Positions 1-12,312 of a stretch of 64,000 nt of DNA are shown here, in pieces; position 1 is the first letter of the stretch, and each line of letters starts with the position of its first letter. This stretch comes from Octopus sinensis. Taxonomy: Eukaryota. The stretch is taken from positions 139,438,001 to 139,502,000 of the forward strand of contig NC_043000.1 in assembly GCF_006345805.1 (NCBI RefSeq), given 5' to 3'. A model generated the notes under the pieces. The model was not told the DNA's origin and searched no databases. It saw only the letters and a list, made by a program, of their open reading frames with translations. A program made the translations under genes and the position numbers.

Positions 1-519
1 ACACCGTCGTTTCTACCTTTAACAAACTACTTCTTCAGTATATGCCCAAAATTAGCCTCTGACCTGCATGAATTTCATTTACAAGAGACTATTTAATCTC
101 ACCTAATTCCATTCTGCAATTAGTCAACCTGCCTTTTATTCTACCAGCATATGCTCATTTTTTTTCCCATCTGTATAATTTTTCACTCTTTTCCGTTCAT
201 CCTTCTTGGCAAAGAACAATTCTCTGTAGTGTCATCTCTTACTACACAGCATAAAAGGCATTGATTTTGTAGTCCAATTCATTGTACTTTGTAGATGTGT
301 GTGTGCATGTGTTGTTCATTATTTGCTTTTGGTTTATTAAAGTTGATGTGCTCTTTACATTATGCATGTTAAGACTGTGTTATCTAATTGTTTTCCCATG
401 CAGATGTCATTTCTAGGTCGTTTTCCTCGATACAACACATTTTTTACTTGGTGTGTCTGATCTATGAGCCTCTGCTTATATTCTCTAAGTCTGTTCTGGA
501 ACTACTGAGTGAACTGTCT

Positions 520-1019
520 TCTTCTTCTTCTTCTTCTTCCAGTCAGGACTCACACCATTAGCCACAAAGAATAATCTCCAATTCAAGCCTACTCCAAGCT
601 ACTAAGAATGTGTGCGGCGACTTGAAGATCCACCCACCACACGCAATAGACTGGTGGTTGTATGGGTGCAAAAGCTACATTGTTATCCTCATTTCTTAAA
701 CGGTGGCTTTTAACGGGTGGAGAGCTGAACCATCCGGGGGTACAGAGGATTCGCAATCTAGACTAGGGTCTGAAAGTTTACCACACCATAATGAGTTACA
801 CCATGGTTTTTCTGCTTTTGTGGCAGAAGTAGGAAGAAAGAGTGAGAGAAAGTTGTGGTGAAAGGGTACAGTGTGGTTCTCCACTACCCACCGATGGAAC
901 CTCATGGAGCTTAGGTGTTTTTACTCAATAAACACTCACAATGCTCAGTCTGAGAATCGAAACCATGCTCTTACGACTGCAAGTCCGCTGCCCTAACTAC
1001 TGGGCCATTGTGCCTCCAC
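520..1019 (-). mobile_element. tRNA-derived SINE (head type F)
   Basis: Minus strand begins GTGGAGGCACAATGGCCCAGTAGTTAGGGCAGCGGAC...GGTTTCGATTCTCAG (A/B-box-like). Same head and body as 10503-10710. The 3' boundary at the (GAA)n tail is approximate. Confidence 0.7.
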
Positions 1020-1530
1020 TAAGTGAACTGTTGTCACATATTGCAATAGAAACAATAAAATTTCATCTGAACTTCTAAATTAATATTAGAGAAAAGAAAA
1101 ATCAGATCTAAAATGATAAAGAGCTTGTGAGCAGTCTGACATGGCAGTGGGGTAATTTTACTAGAATTAGAATACATTTGGTTCTGTTGGGGTTTATTAA
1201 AGTGATAATAAGATCCTGACAATAATGTAGTGCCCATTAGGATTTTTCATTCCGAGTGGTTAATTGATCAAAATTTCATCTCAACTTTAAGGGAATAATG
1301 AGGAGACTGAAGGCATTCTTTTATTGTTTGAGTCAAAACAAGAATCAAATAATTATTTTTCAAATGGCAAATATTTAAAAAAATAAATGATCAGTAATCT
1401 CTGGTGATGTAAGCTTAATATCCAAAACAAGAAGGGAAATGAATTGAAAGCATGACTCATGCCTTACATCCAGGCTAACTTAGTATGATATTTTTCATTC
1501 AGATAATGTTTTGACCACTGATATCTATAA

Positions 1531-1760
1531 GGTGGTGAGCTGGCAGAACCGATAGCACGCCGGGTGAAATGTTTAGTGGTATTTCGTCTACCATTACGTT
1601 CTGAGTTCAAATTACGCTGAGGTTGACTTTCATTCTTCCGGGGTCGATTAAATAAGTACCAGTTACGCACTGGGGTTGATGTAATTGACTTAATCCGTTT
1701 GTCTGTCCTTGTTTGTCCTCTCTGTGTTTAACCCCTTGTGGGTAGTAAAGAAAAGGATAT
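1531..1760 (+). mobile_element. tRNA-derived SINE (family B)
   Basis: GAGCTGGCAGAA..TAGCACGCCGGG..GTTCTGAGTTCAAATT..CTTTCAT..GGGGTCGAT..GTACCAGTTACGCACTGGGG; repeated at 4640, 6898, 18883 and 28231. Confidence 0.85.
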
Positions 1761-1770
1761 CTAATATAGG

Positions 1771-2070
1771 AGCACTCCATTGGTTGTGACAACGAGGGTC
1801 CCAACTGATATGATCAACGGAACAGCTTATTTGTGAAATTAATGCGTAAGTGGCTGAGCACTCCACAAACACGTGTACCCTTAACGTAGTTCTCGGGGAG
1901 ATTCAGCGTGATACAGTGTGTGACAAGGCTGGTCCTTTGAAATAGAGGTACTACTCATTTTTGCCAGCTGAGTGGACTGGAGCAACGTGACACAACGCGA
2001 CACTAGGAATTGAACTCACAACCTTACAATCATGAGCCAAATGCCCCTAACCACTAAGCCATGTGCCTTC
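1771..2070 (-). mobile_element. tRNA-derived SINE (head E, tail E)
   Basis: Minus strand GAAGGCACATGGCTTAGTGGTTAGGG..GTGAGTTCAATTCC, then CCACTCAGCTGGCAAAAATGAGT. The tail is shared with 6250-6450 and 10320-10500. Confidence 0.8.
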
Positions 2071-2927
2071 TAATATCCCATTATCTTTTGGGTTTCATGA
2101 TCATACTGTATATCATGGCAGGCAAGTAAGACAGGGTCCATTACTCATCGTGCCATTTAACTACAGCATTATATTTATATGTACACAAAATGCTTTCACT
2201 TCCAGTAGAGAGAAAATAATAACGTATGTACAGTAGCCATCATACTTTTTGCAAAAGCATCTGGTAATGAGTGAGAAGTAAAACTGCTCCATCTGAGAAT
2301 TGAATCTGTCACACGACTTAGCGCTTGCCAACAGCTTGCTACCAATTTACGATGCTGATAATGACTGAAATTAGAAAAACATTAAAGAAGATCAATAAGG
2401 TGAAGCCAATCTCAAACACAGCAATATAACAATGACATTTTTATTGGAGACTGGCTGAGATTCAGCTTCTTTTTTTTTTGTTTTTGTTTTTGTTTTTCTA
2501 TTTCTTTCTCAAGGTACTTTCTTGTGTGTGCATGATAGTTAATACAAGCAGATAAAAACAGAAAGCTATCAACAACGTAATGCATAGCTGTGCTGTGCTG
2601 TGCTGCATCGGCATTAGCAGAAAGCTAAATTACTAGGGTATTTTTTTTTCGCTAAAATTTCATTGACATTTGTTTAAAACCAATGCAATTTTGATATCAA
2701 AAATAAAATAAAACTTAAGATAATCGAAGATGTGGATTCAGTTCAGATTTAATCAATCGCTGCTGTTTTCACCTATTCTTCTCTCTGTATTCCTCTGTGC
2801 TTTTCCTCTGTTAGCTGAATATTCTCTCTAAATATTATCTTTTTGTCTCTTGGAGCCTACCATTGTGAAACCCAGATTAGATCTTCTTAACCCTTTCGTT
2901 ACTATGTTTACTTTGAGATGCTATTGT

Positions 2928-3194
2928 CAGCCTCGCTTGGCTCCCGTGCTGGTGGCACGTAAAAAGCACCATCCGATCGTGGCCGTTTGCCAGACGCGTC
3001 TGGCACCTGTGCCAGTGGCACGTAAAAATCACCCACTACACTCACGGAGTGGTTGGCATTAGGAAGGGCATCCAGCCGTAGAAACATTGCCAGATCAGAC
3101 TGGGCCTGATGCAGCCTTCTGGCTTCGCAGACCCCAGTTGAACCGTCCAACACATGCTAGCATGGAAAGCGGACGCTAAACGATGATGATGATG
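2928..3194 (+). mobile_element. RTE-type 3'-end non-autonomous retroelement (family C)
   Basis: GGCACGTAAAAAGCACC subrepeats, GTTGGCATTAGGAAGGGCATCCAGC motif and (GAT)n tail. Confidence 0.8.
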
Positions 3195-3254
3195 CTATGT
3201 GTTTCTTCCAGTTAGTTTAAGTATAACAAAGAGTTTAGTAAAATCACTCGTATG

Positions 3255-3692
3255 CTACTAAGAGTACCATACACGTGAGATTGGGGCCAGGACAACAAGC
3301 TGGCCTCTGGACCAATGGCACGTAAAAAACACCATTCGAGTATGATTGTTACCTGTGTCACCTTGCTAGCACTTGTGCTGGTGGCACGTGAAAAAATATT
3401 CGAGTGAGGTTGTTGCCAGTGCCGCCGGACTGGTTCCTGTGCAGGTGGCACATAAAAAGCACCATTTGAGTGTGGCCATTGTCAGTACCACCTGACTGAC
3501 CCTCGTGCCAGTGGCATATAAAATCACCCACTACACTCTTGGAGTGGTTGGCGTTAGGAAGGGCATCCAGCTGTAGTAACTCCGCTAGATCAGATTGGAG
3601 TCTGGTGCAGCCATCTGGTTCACCAGATGTAAGTCAAATCGTCCTGCCCATGCTAGCATGGAAAGTGAACGTTAAACGATGATGATGATGAT
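3255..3692 (+). mobile_element. RTE-type 3'-end element (family C), longer copy
   Basis: About four GGCAC(A/G)T(A/G)AAAA subrepeats, then GGCGTTAGGAAGGGCATCCAGCTG and a (GAT)n tail. Confidence 0.8.
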
Positions 3693-4185
3693 AAATATCG
3701 TTATCATTGAGCTAGTGTTAAAAACATAAATTGTGACAAAGATTTGGTGGAATATTTGAATTCAAAACTTATGCAAACAAGACAATTGTACTAAAGAGCC
3801 AGAGCTGGTTTCAACCGGGTTGGTAATGAAAGGGTTAAAGGAATGATCTCTACAACACTCATCTCTATGATTTAGAAATTATGGTCTTCATCAATGCATG
3901 TCTGTAGAGTGTGCATGCCGGGTGTTGGTTTTTGAGTTAAAGATGAATGAAATGCTTCTGTGTAGTGTAGATTCTTGTTTTCATAAATCTGGTTTACATA
4001 CATTGGATAATGTAGTTCCAGATGTAGCATCTATCTTGAGAATAGTGGGGTAATCAAGGGTTTGTTCAGTCAGGGCTAACCAGGAGCTAAACAACTACAA
4101 CAGGAGATGATAATCATGCTAATTCTAGTAATAAGCTTTATCTACCTCAGTGATACATATTAACAGCAATCTTTTATCTCTTCAT

Positions 4186-4602
4186 TTATCTTTTACTTGT
4201 TTCAGTCGTTTGACTGTGGTCATGCTGGAGCACTGCACTGAAGACTTTTAGTTAAACAAATCGATCCTAGGACTTATTACTTTTTAAAGCTTAGTACTTA
4301 TTTTATTGGTCTTTTTTGCTGAACTGCTATGTTACAGAAACATAAACACATGAACACCAGTTATCAAATGGTAGTGAGGAGACAAATACAAACACAAAGA
4401 AACACACACATACACACACTCATACACATACACACATACATACGGCAGGCTTGTTCTAGTTTCCATCTACCAAATCCACTCATTAAGACCTGGTTAGCCT
4501 CAGGCTGTAGCAGAAGACACTTGCTCAAAATGCCATACAGTGGGACTGAAACGGGAACCATGTAGTTGGGAAGCAAGCCTCTTACCACACAACTATGTCT
4601 GC
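4186..4602 (-). mobile_element. CORE-type tRNA SINE with internal microsatellite (family A), diverged
   Basis: Reverse-complement match to the 5636-6067 copy. Confidence 0.8.
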
Positions 4603-4639
4603 ACATGTGGAATACTTTGCTGTATGTTTGCCTATGGAT

Positions 4640-4810
4640 TAAATCGATTATATCGACCCCAGTGCATAATAGGTATTTATTTAATTGACCCTGAAAAGAT
4701 GAAAGGCAAAGTCAACCTCGGCGGAATTTGAACTCAGAACGTAGCGGCAGAGGAAATACTGCTAAGCATTTCGCCCGGCATGCTAACGTTTCTGCCAGCT
4801 CGAAGCCTTC
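4640..4810 (-). mobile_element. SINE family B, partial
   Basis: GAAAGGCAAAGTCAACCTCGGCGGAATTTGAACTCAGAACG...TTCTGCCAGCTC is the reverse complement of the family B head. Confidence 0.8.
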
Positions 4811-5635
4811 ATTTCTTAACCATCTTACCATACTGCTCTGCATTAACACCAGCATCAGTAGGGAAATAGCTGTCATAACAGAAAGGAAATATTAATTATT
4901 ATAAGTATATCTTATAATGTTGGTACATTCTAAAAGTAAATGCAAGACAATGACAAATACAGACCAGATTGATGCTAAAAAAGCTTTACAGAATATTTGA
5001 GAGAAAGAACATATGATCTTTTCCATGTTCTGGTGAAGAATTTGCTTATATATTTGTTTTTGTGTTTTATAATTAAACTAGAAATCGGGAAGATATTTTC
5101 TTCTCTATCATTTATTTTGATATGCTTCATTCAGAAAACTATTATTTTCTTGAATTACTTTGGCAAAAATTTTAATATCATTTGCAAGACAAATACCTGA
5201 AAGGTATGGCAAGCATGCTTTCAAACAACAGACGTTGTTGCTTCATTCAATTCTATTACAAAAAAAAAAGGAAAACCAAAAAACAAAGAGAAAATCAAAG
5301 TCTCTCATTTGTATGTGTTAACATTTGAATATTTGTGTCAAAAGCATATGATCTATATCAGAATTTAGAATTGCTTTAAGATTTGCTTGCCTTTGAGGAA
5401 AAAGTGTCTCATAACAGTGTGTCAATATTTGGCTTGAATCAATGATTGTGCGTATGAAAATGTTGAAAATTCTGCTCTAAATCATGGCATGACATGGCAC
5501 ACAAGAAGAAGAATGATGTCTAATTACTTTTGTAAATAAAGTGAATTCAATCCTTTTTTTGTCTCATTTATATTTATTATTTTACCTATTTTTACCTAAC
5601 TGTGCAAAAAAGCCTATTCATCATCAACATGAATA

Positions 5636-5808
5636 GGCGTAGGAGTGGCTGTGTGGTAAGTAGCTTGCTTACCAACCACATGGATCACAGTTCAGTCCCA
5701 TTGTGTGGCACCTTGGGCAAGTGTCTTCTGCTATAGCCTCGGGCTGACCAAAGCCTTGCGAGTGGATTTGGTAGACGGAAACCGAAAGAAGCCCGTCACA
5801 TATGTGTG

Positions 5809-5861
<53 letters not shown>

Positions 5862-6067
5862 TTGTGTGTCTGTGTTTGTCCTCCCAACATCGCTTGACAA
5901 CCGATGCTGGTGTGTTTACATCCCCATAACTTAACGGTTCTGCAAAAGAGACTGATAGAATAAGTACTAGGCTTACAAAGAACAAGTCCTGGGGGTCGAT
6001 TTGCGTGACTAAAGCGGTACTCCAGCATGGCCACAGTCACATGACTGAAACAAGTAAAAGAGTAAAG
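5636..6067 (+). mobile_element. CORE-type tRNA SINE (family A; resembles octopus OR-type SINEs)
   Basis: AGGAGTGGCTGTGTGG (A box), GTTCAGTCCC (B box), GGCACCTTGGGCAAGTGTCTT (CORE-like), internal (TA)n(TG)n and an (AAAGAGT)n tail. The family name is from recall, not a database match. Confidence 0.85.
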
Positions 6068-6249
6068 CGTATCGTCATCATCATCATCATCATGTCCCAT
6101 GTTTGCATGAGTTGAGCAGTTTAACAAATATCCAATGTGTCGAAGGACTGCATCAGGCTCCAGTGATTGCTCTGACATAGTTTCTGTGGTTGGATGTCCT
6201 TCTTAATGCAACCACTTTTACTGTTTGTACTGGGTGCTTTTCTCATGTT

Positions 6250-6450
6250 ACCCAGCTGGCAAAAATGAGTAGTACCTCTATTTCAAAGGGCCAGCCTTGT
6301 CACACTCTGTATCATGCTGAATCTCCCTGGGAGCTATGTTAAGAGTACATGTGTCTGTAGAGTGCTCAACCACATGCATCTCAATTTCACGATCAAGCTG
6401 TTCTGTTAATCAGATCAACTGGAACACTTGTCATCATAACTGACAGAGTG
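6250..6450 (+). mobile_element. SINE family E, headless fragment
   Basis: CAGCTGGCAAAAATGAGTAG..TATTTCAAAGGGCCAGCCTTGTCACAC matches the reverse complement of 1771-2070. Confidence 0.7.
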
Positions 6451-6897
6451 TCACCGGTGAGTATTGAGGTCACCGTGTAGCTCACAAGTCAGGGAGGAAG
6501 ATGTCACGTCCATATGTTAGGATGGCGGTTAAGGTAGAGTTTGGAGTAGAGCAGGTTCTCATTGTAGAGGAGTGACGTGGCTATCCACATTTAGAGACAG
6601 AGTGAGAATGAATTGGAGTTATCTCCAAGGAGATAACAAGGTTGTGGATGGAAAGAGTGATAGTTGCAAAGTGTATAGAAGAAGAGATAGGGAAGAGGGA
6701 TAAGGATGTAGGTAACATCTGTAAAGATTCAGGAAGGGTTAAGGGGAAGGTGATGCACAATTTGGGATACTAAAGGGTACTAGCAGTAGGGTAGTAATGA
6801 TACTGTTGACAGGTGGGAGAAGAGAGAGGACATCTTTGAGTAGGCTTACATATTAGAAGAATTAGATGCAGTGTGCAAGAGAGAAGACTCTCTTTAT

Positions 6898-7132
6898 GGG
6901 GCAGCGAGCAGGCAGAAACATTAGCATGCTGGGTGAAATGCTTTGCGATATTTCGTCTGCTGGTATGTTCTGAGTTCAAATTCCACCGAGGTCGACTTTG
7001 CCTTTCATCCTTTCAGGGTCGATAAATTAAGTACCAGTTACCCACTGGGGTCGATGTAATCAACTTAATGCCTTTGTCTGTCCTTGTTTGTCCCCTCTGT
7101 GTTTAGCCCCTTGTGGGCAATAAAGAAATAAG
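6898..7132 (+). mobile_element. SINE family B
   Basis: Full match to 1531-1760 and 18883-19120. Confidence 0.85.
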
Positions 7133-10100
7133 AGAGAAAACTCTGATGGTAGAGTCATGTGATGTCTATGAGTGAGAGCAGCAGCATAAAGAAGCGTAAA
7201 CTGTTAAATCCAGATGGAATGAGACAAAGAAGTGAAGACAGATCTCATGATATTGAAGCTCACTAAAAAAGGATGAATCTGATTAGCACTTCACTGCATC
7301 TGAGAAAACCTGCCTATCTTCATGAAAATAAAACCCTAAAATATACTATATTTATGCCTATACACTCACTTAGTCCTGTACCAGCATTAAATTTGTCCAT
7401 GTCAAGCCTTCCACACCTCTTGTTTTCCTAATACCTGTCCCTCTACTCTTCTAAATACACCACTATCCAGATACTGTAATCCTATGAGAGCAGAACTTGT
7501 ACAAATCTTATCCATTGTAATATGTTTTCTCCCCACTCTCTCTCTTGAACTACCTCCTTTTCAAATCAATTCCTCCCATAATACTTTATCTGGCAGATAC
7601 ACATGATGTGTTCAAGCCATTACTATCGGTTTCTCAGAGCTACTCACCTATATAAATAACATTTGTCAACTCTCTCATTACTCCATTTCTTACATGTTCC
7701 TGCCATCAGATGCTTAAAATTATTCTTAATGTTTTGCTTTTGAAAACACAGAAAAATCTGGTTATGGTTTCATTGTCATACTAAAATTCTTTGCCATAAA
7801 CTACCACTGATCTAATCTGTGAAAAATTGAACCTTACTCTGATAGTTAGACAGCATATCCATCACCTGATGCCCTCTCTTTACTCACTCAGTAGTACAGA
7901 ACCTTGAAATCACAAGTGTTGCACCTTCCTGAATTCACAATTCTTTAGTGAGTAAAGTCACCCTTCAAAACATTAGTGAAATAGATAAAAAACATATCAC
8001 TTGTGATTTTTCCCATTAGTTTGATATGTTCAATTTCTAACCACGGTAATGCATAAATGTTAAAACACACATCAGCCTAAAGATGATTGAGGAATCTATG
8101 AATCAAAGCATAGAGGAAAATACAAAGTATCAGTTCTTGGTCTGGTATTGTTTTTCTATTATCTGATATTCTTTGGTTGTTCTGTGCTATAGTATTTGCG
8201 TTAGCGTGTGTCTCTGGGTAAATATGTTTAGAGACAGTCTATGTCTGCATGTGCGCTTGCAGCATGTATATGTACTAGTATGTATGTGTGCATTGAGCTG
8301 TCATGTGATACAGCTTTGCATTATAGAGAGAAGACAAGACACCAACTGATAATTAATGGACAGAGAAGATTACAAGATACTTTCATCTTTAGCTCTGAGC
8401 CAATCCTAGATAGGAATAAAGCTCAGATTGTTATATCTAGAAAAGAGACTCATATATTTGGAAGTGCATTCAGGAAATTGTGTAAGTTACCAGTAATAGT
8501 TTCTTGTCTAAATTATTGGTAATTGTGTTTAATGGTAGCTTTGTAGTCAACCATCAGTAAATAGTGTGTCTAGAGGAAGAAACATGGTTAAATGATTGTG
8601 AATCTAAACTTATAAATAATAACTATTTGATGTTGTGTATGAGAAGAGACTAAAAGAAACACAAATATAAGCACAAGACGATATATGAATACATGTGTGT
8701 GTATTTAGATATATATGGAAGGGAAGGCATATTTATATCTTTCATGTGTTAAATTTTTTTTCTAACTTTATGCAAGTTGTTGTTTCAACATCTTTAGAAA
8801 GTTTTATAATTTGTAAGGACAGGACACATAATTTAGAAACATATACAACTTTTAATGCAATCCACATAAATTAAACATTGCAATCTGCTTGCCTGTTAAG
8901 TTGTATTAATTCAGAGTCATGAAAATGTTATGGTCATATCATGAGACAGTAATGTTTAGGAAGGTTAATGGACCAATAAATCATGAATTGCTGAGGGAAG
9001 CAAAGGGTTCTTTGCTATAGTTGTGACTATGACATGAAAATGAAAAATAATATCTTGGATCCAAAATAAAAAAAAATTCTCAGTTGTTAATAGATTAGTT
9101 GTTGTATAATTGGCATGTGCTGCAGTAGCCCTAAATGTCAATGTTGCTCTACATTGCTGGAGGCAGTGATACAGTGGGAAGGAGCAATAACCCCTGTGAT
9201 CTTCAGTCAACAGCTGATGGAATGAATAACCTGCAGTGCAAACTATATGTAATATAGAGAATATGCAATTTAAGAATTAACAGACAGATTATCATCAGGT
9301 CCAGTCCCAGGAGTCTTTCAAAGGCAAGGTACAAGGTCAGAAGGGAATACAATTCCAGAAGAAAAGGGTGTAATAACATTATTTAAGAGGGCACACTTTT
9401 TATCTTGAGTGGGGCATGTGTCCCCCATCAACACCTTGTGTTGACCTATGATCATAGCGTAAAACAAATCACTTACTAGCTATATAATTGTGTTCATATT
9501 TCATTTGGCTTCTAGTGTGTTGTCTCCCATCATAGTTTATCTGGTTGAATACATAGAAAGTATCCATATCATCTTCATTTCTTTCTCAAGAGCTGCTCAT
9601 CTATATAGATAACACTTGTAACCTCTCTTATCTTTTCAATTCTTACCTGCATCTACAAGCTGATGCTTAAAATTCCTCGAATTAGTTTGTTCTTGAAAGT
9701 GTAAAAGTGTCTGAGTAGGATTTCATTGTTGTAATATGACACTTTGCCATCCAATTCTACTGAGTGAACTAATGAAACAGAATTATTCTTGTATGGGTTG
9801 TTAGTTCATAGGGCTTCTAGTCATTATACAGAATATCCATTACTTAGTGTCCTCTTTTCATTCCCTAAAGACTAGGTGGTCCAGTACTTTAAATACACAA
9901 CTGATATATGTCATGACAAGGTAATCAGCAGAACAGTAACTTATCAATTATTTCTACTTACTACACTTCCAAATACATGAGTCTCTTTCCTATAGATAAG
10001 ATTCTCAAGTTTATTTCCATACAAGAGTGGCTAAGAGTTAAAGCTGAAATTATTTCTTATTCTATTAAGTATCACTTTGTATCTTCTCTTTATATTAAAT

Positions 10101-10319
10101 GGCATTTCAACACACATACACACGCAAAGCTAGACAAAATCATTTACATATATTATCTAAGAAATATCACTGTAACTCTTTGTTTAAATCTGTGGGTACA
10201 TCAAATATTTAGTAGGTTTATAAAAAATAATTAGTACAAAGATTGATCTCTGTCATTAGCCAACATTTTTTTCAGAATTCTTTGCTAAACATACAGCTAA
10301 AGTCTGAATGACCGTTGTT

Positions 10320-10710
10320 GTTGTTGTTGGCACTTTGTCGGTTACGACGACGAGGGTTCCAGTCGATCTCATCAATGAAACAGCCTGCTCATAAAATTAA
10401 CATGCAAGTGGCTGAGCACTCTACAGACACGTGTACCCTTAATGTAGTTCTCAGGGAGATTCAGCGTGACACAGGGTATCACAAGGCTGGCCCTTTGAAA
10501 TAAAGGTGCAGCAGAAATAGAAAGAAAGAGTGAGAGAAAGTTGTGGTGAAAGAGTACAGCAGGGTTCACCACCATCCCCTGCCAGAGCCTCGTGGAAGCT
10601 TTAGGCGTTTTTGCTCAATAAACACTCACAACTCCTGGTCTGGGAATTGAAACCACGATCCTACAGCCTCGAGTTCACTGCCCTAACCACTGGACCATTG
10701 CGCCGCCACG
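10320..10710 (-). mobile_element. SINE with head F joined to tail E
   Basis: 10503-10710 matches 820-1019; 10320-10500 matches 1775-1950. Confidence 0.75.
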
Positions 10711-10920
10711 TCTGAATGACTAGGTATTATATGTATGACTAATAATGTGGATATATTCAGTGCCTATAAAAGTTGAAAATTGGTAATAAAGGAAAAAGTA
10801 AATCACTAACAAGAAAAAATAAAATATGAAAAAATACACAATAAAATAAAAGGAATTAAAATTAATACATAAAAACGACTATATGATAAAAAAAGAAAAA
10901 AAGACATTTTTCCGATGGCT

Positions 10921-10983
10921 GGATAACTGAAGAGATGGTGGCGTGGATTTCCACCCCGGCATCTGAAACTCGGAGTTTTATCT
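10921..10983 (+). ncRNA. minimal type I hammerhead ribozyme motif in a Penelope-like pseudo-LTR remnant
   Basis: GATAA-CTGAAGA-GATG..TGGATTTCCA..CATC-T-GAAAC-TCGGA-GTT-TTATC. Stem I is GATAA/TTATC, stem III is near-palindromic ACTCGGAGT, and the cleavage triplet is GUU. Stem II is partly decayed and has one extra nucleotide before GAAA. Confidence 0.6.
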
Positions 10984-11142
10984 TGGCTACCGAATAATTG
11001 TCACATATTACATTTACAGATAAATTCCTCTATTTACATAATATCGAGGTCTCTTTCTTTTGTTATCTTACCGATTTTATCAATATATATAAATATATAT
11101 ATATAAATGTAAAATGATGAAATGAGTGACCTCACAAATAAA

Positions 11143-11175
<33 letters not shown>

Positions 11176-11895
11176 CATTGTTGAGATTGTTCGAATTGTA
11201 ATGTGATGTGCTGAAGTGTTATGTTTCATATTACATTGTAAGGTGTGTGTATATAGACACATACATACATATGCATATAAATATGTGAAGTATGAATTAT
11301 AATTATTATGTATGTGGCATTTGATACATTGTATATGAATTTATTTATTGGCACTTCTCACTTTATCATATTAGTTACTACGCAGTGTTTTCTTTGTCTG
11401 TAAATGTACAGCATGACATTTTAGCTTCATGTACCAATGCATGCATAACTATTTGCACATAATGTGTGTGTGTGTGTGTGTGTGGTGTGTGTGTGTGTGT
11501 GTGTCCCTATCTCTTACAAAGTTTCCATATAGATATCATTGTTTTTCTTTTTTTTCTTAATACATAAACAGCAGGATGCATCTTGTATGAGGAACCAAGT
11601 TTATATTTAAGTAAACATGTGTTAAAGAATCTGTTTCATAAGAAGCTTGATTTTGAGTTCTCTCTCATTGTACGCTATCCTGAGGAAATTTCTTTTATTG
11701 TGGTTTTCTCTGTGATGGGTTATCCAACTTTGTAGAAAGAGTTTCATTAAAAAAAAAACCCAAATGTGTGGGAATTTAATATATATGTGTATGTGTGTGG
11801 GTGTACTTATGTTTTTGTGTGCATGCGTGTGTGTGTATACATACATATGTATTTACACATATGTGAATGTTTATGTACATGTATATTTGCTTATA

Positions 11896-12119
11896 TACTC
11901 TTTTACTCTTTTACTTGTTTCAGTCATTTGACTGCGGCCATGCCGGAGCACCGCCTTTAATCGAACAACTTGACCCCTGGACTTATTCTTTTGTAAGCCC
12001 AGTACTTATTCTATCGGTCTCTTTTGCCGAACCGCTAAGAAACGAGGATATAAACACACCAGCATCGGTTGTCAAGCAATGCTAGGGGGACAAGCACAGA
12101 TGCACAAACACACACACAT

Positions 12120-12154
<35 letters not shown>

Positions 12155-12312
12155 CGACGGGCTTCTTTCAGTTTCCATCTACCAAATCCACTCACAAGGC
12201 TTTGGTCGGCCCGAGGCTATAGTAGAAGACACTTGGCCAAGATGCCATGCAGTGGGACTGAACCCGGAACCATGTGGTTGGTTAGCAAGCTACTTACCAC
12301 ACAGCCACTCCT
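11896..12312 (-). mobile_element. SINE family A
   Basis: Full-length reverse-complement copy with internal (CA)n(TA)n. Confidence 0.88.

Larger units (their letters stand above)
2891..3834. mobile_element. TTAA-flanked non-autonomous DNA transposon (piggyBac-like MITE) split by two insertions
   Basis: TTAA|CCCTTTCGTTAC at 2887 and GTAATGAAAGGG|TTAA ending 3838. The internal pieces match the intact copy at 21554-21776. Confidence 0.7.

Noticed and set aside
1-40. Minus-strand CTGAAGA...GAAACGAC hammerhead-like words
   Set aside because: No pairing stem II or stem I and no valid NUH triplet; also truncated by the window edge.
2928-3500. Short GGCACGTAAAAAGCACC repeats with variable spacers resembling a CRISPR array
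   Set aside because: They are internal subrepeats of a dispersed eukaryotic retroelement; the spacers are homologous between copies and there are no cas genes.
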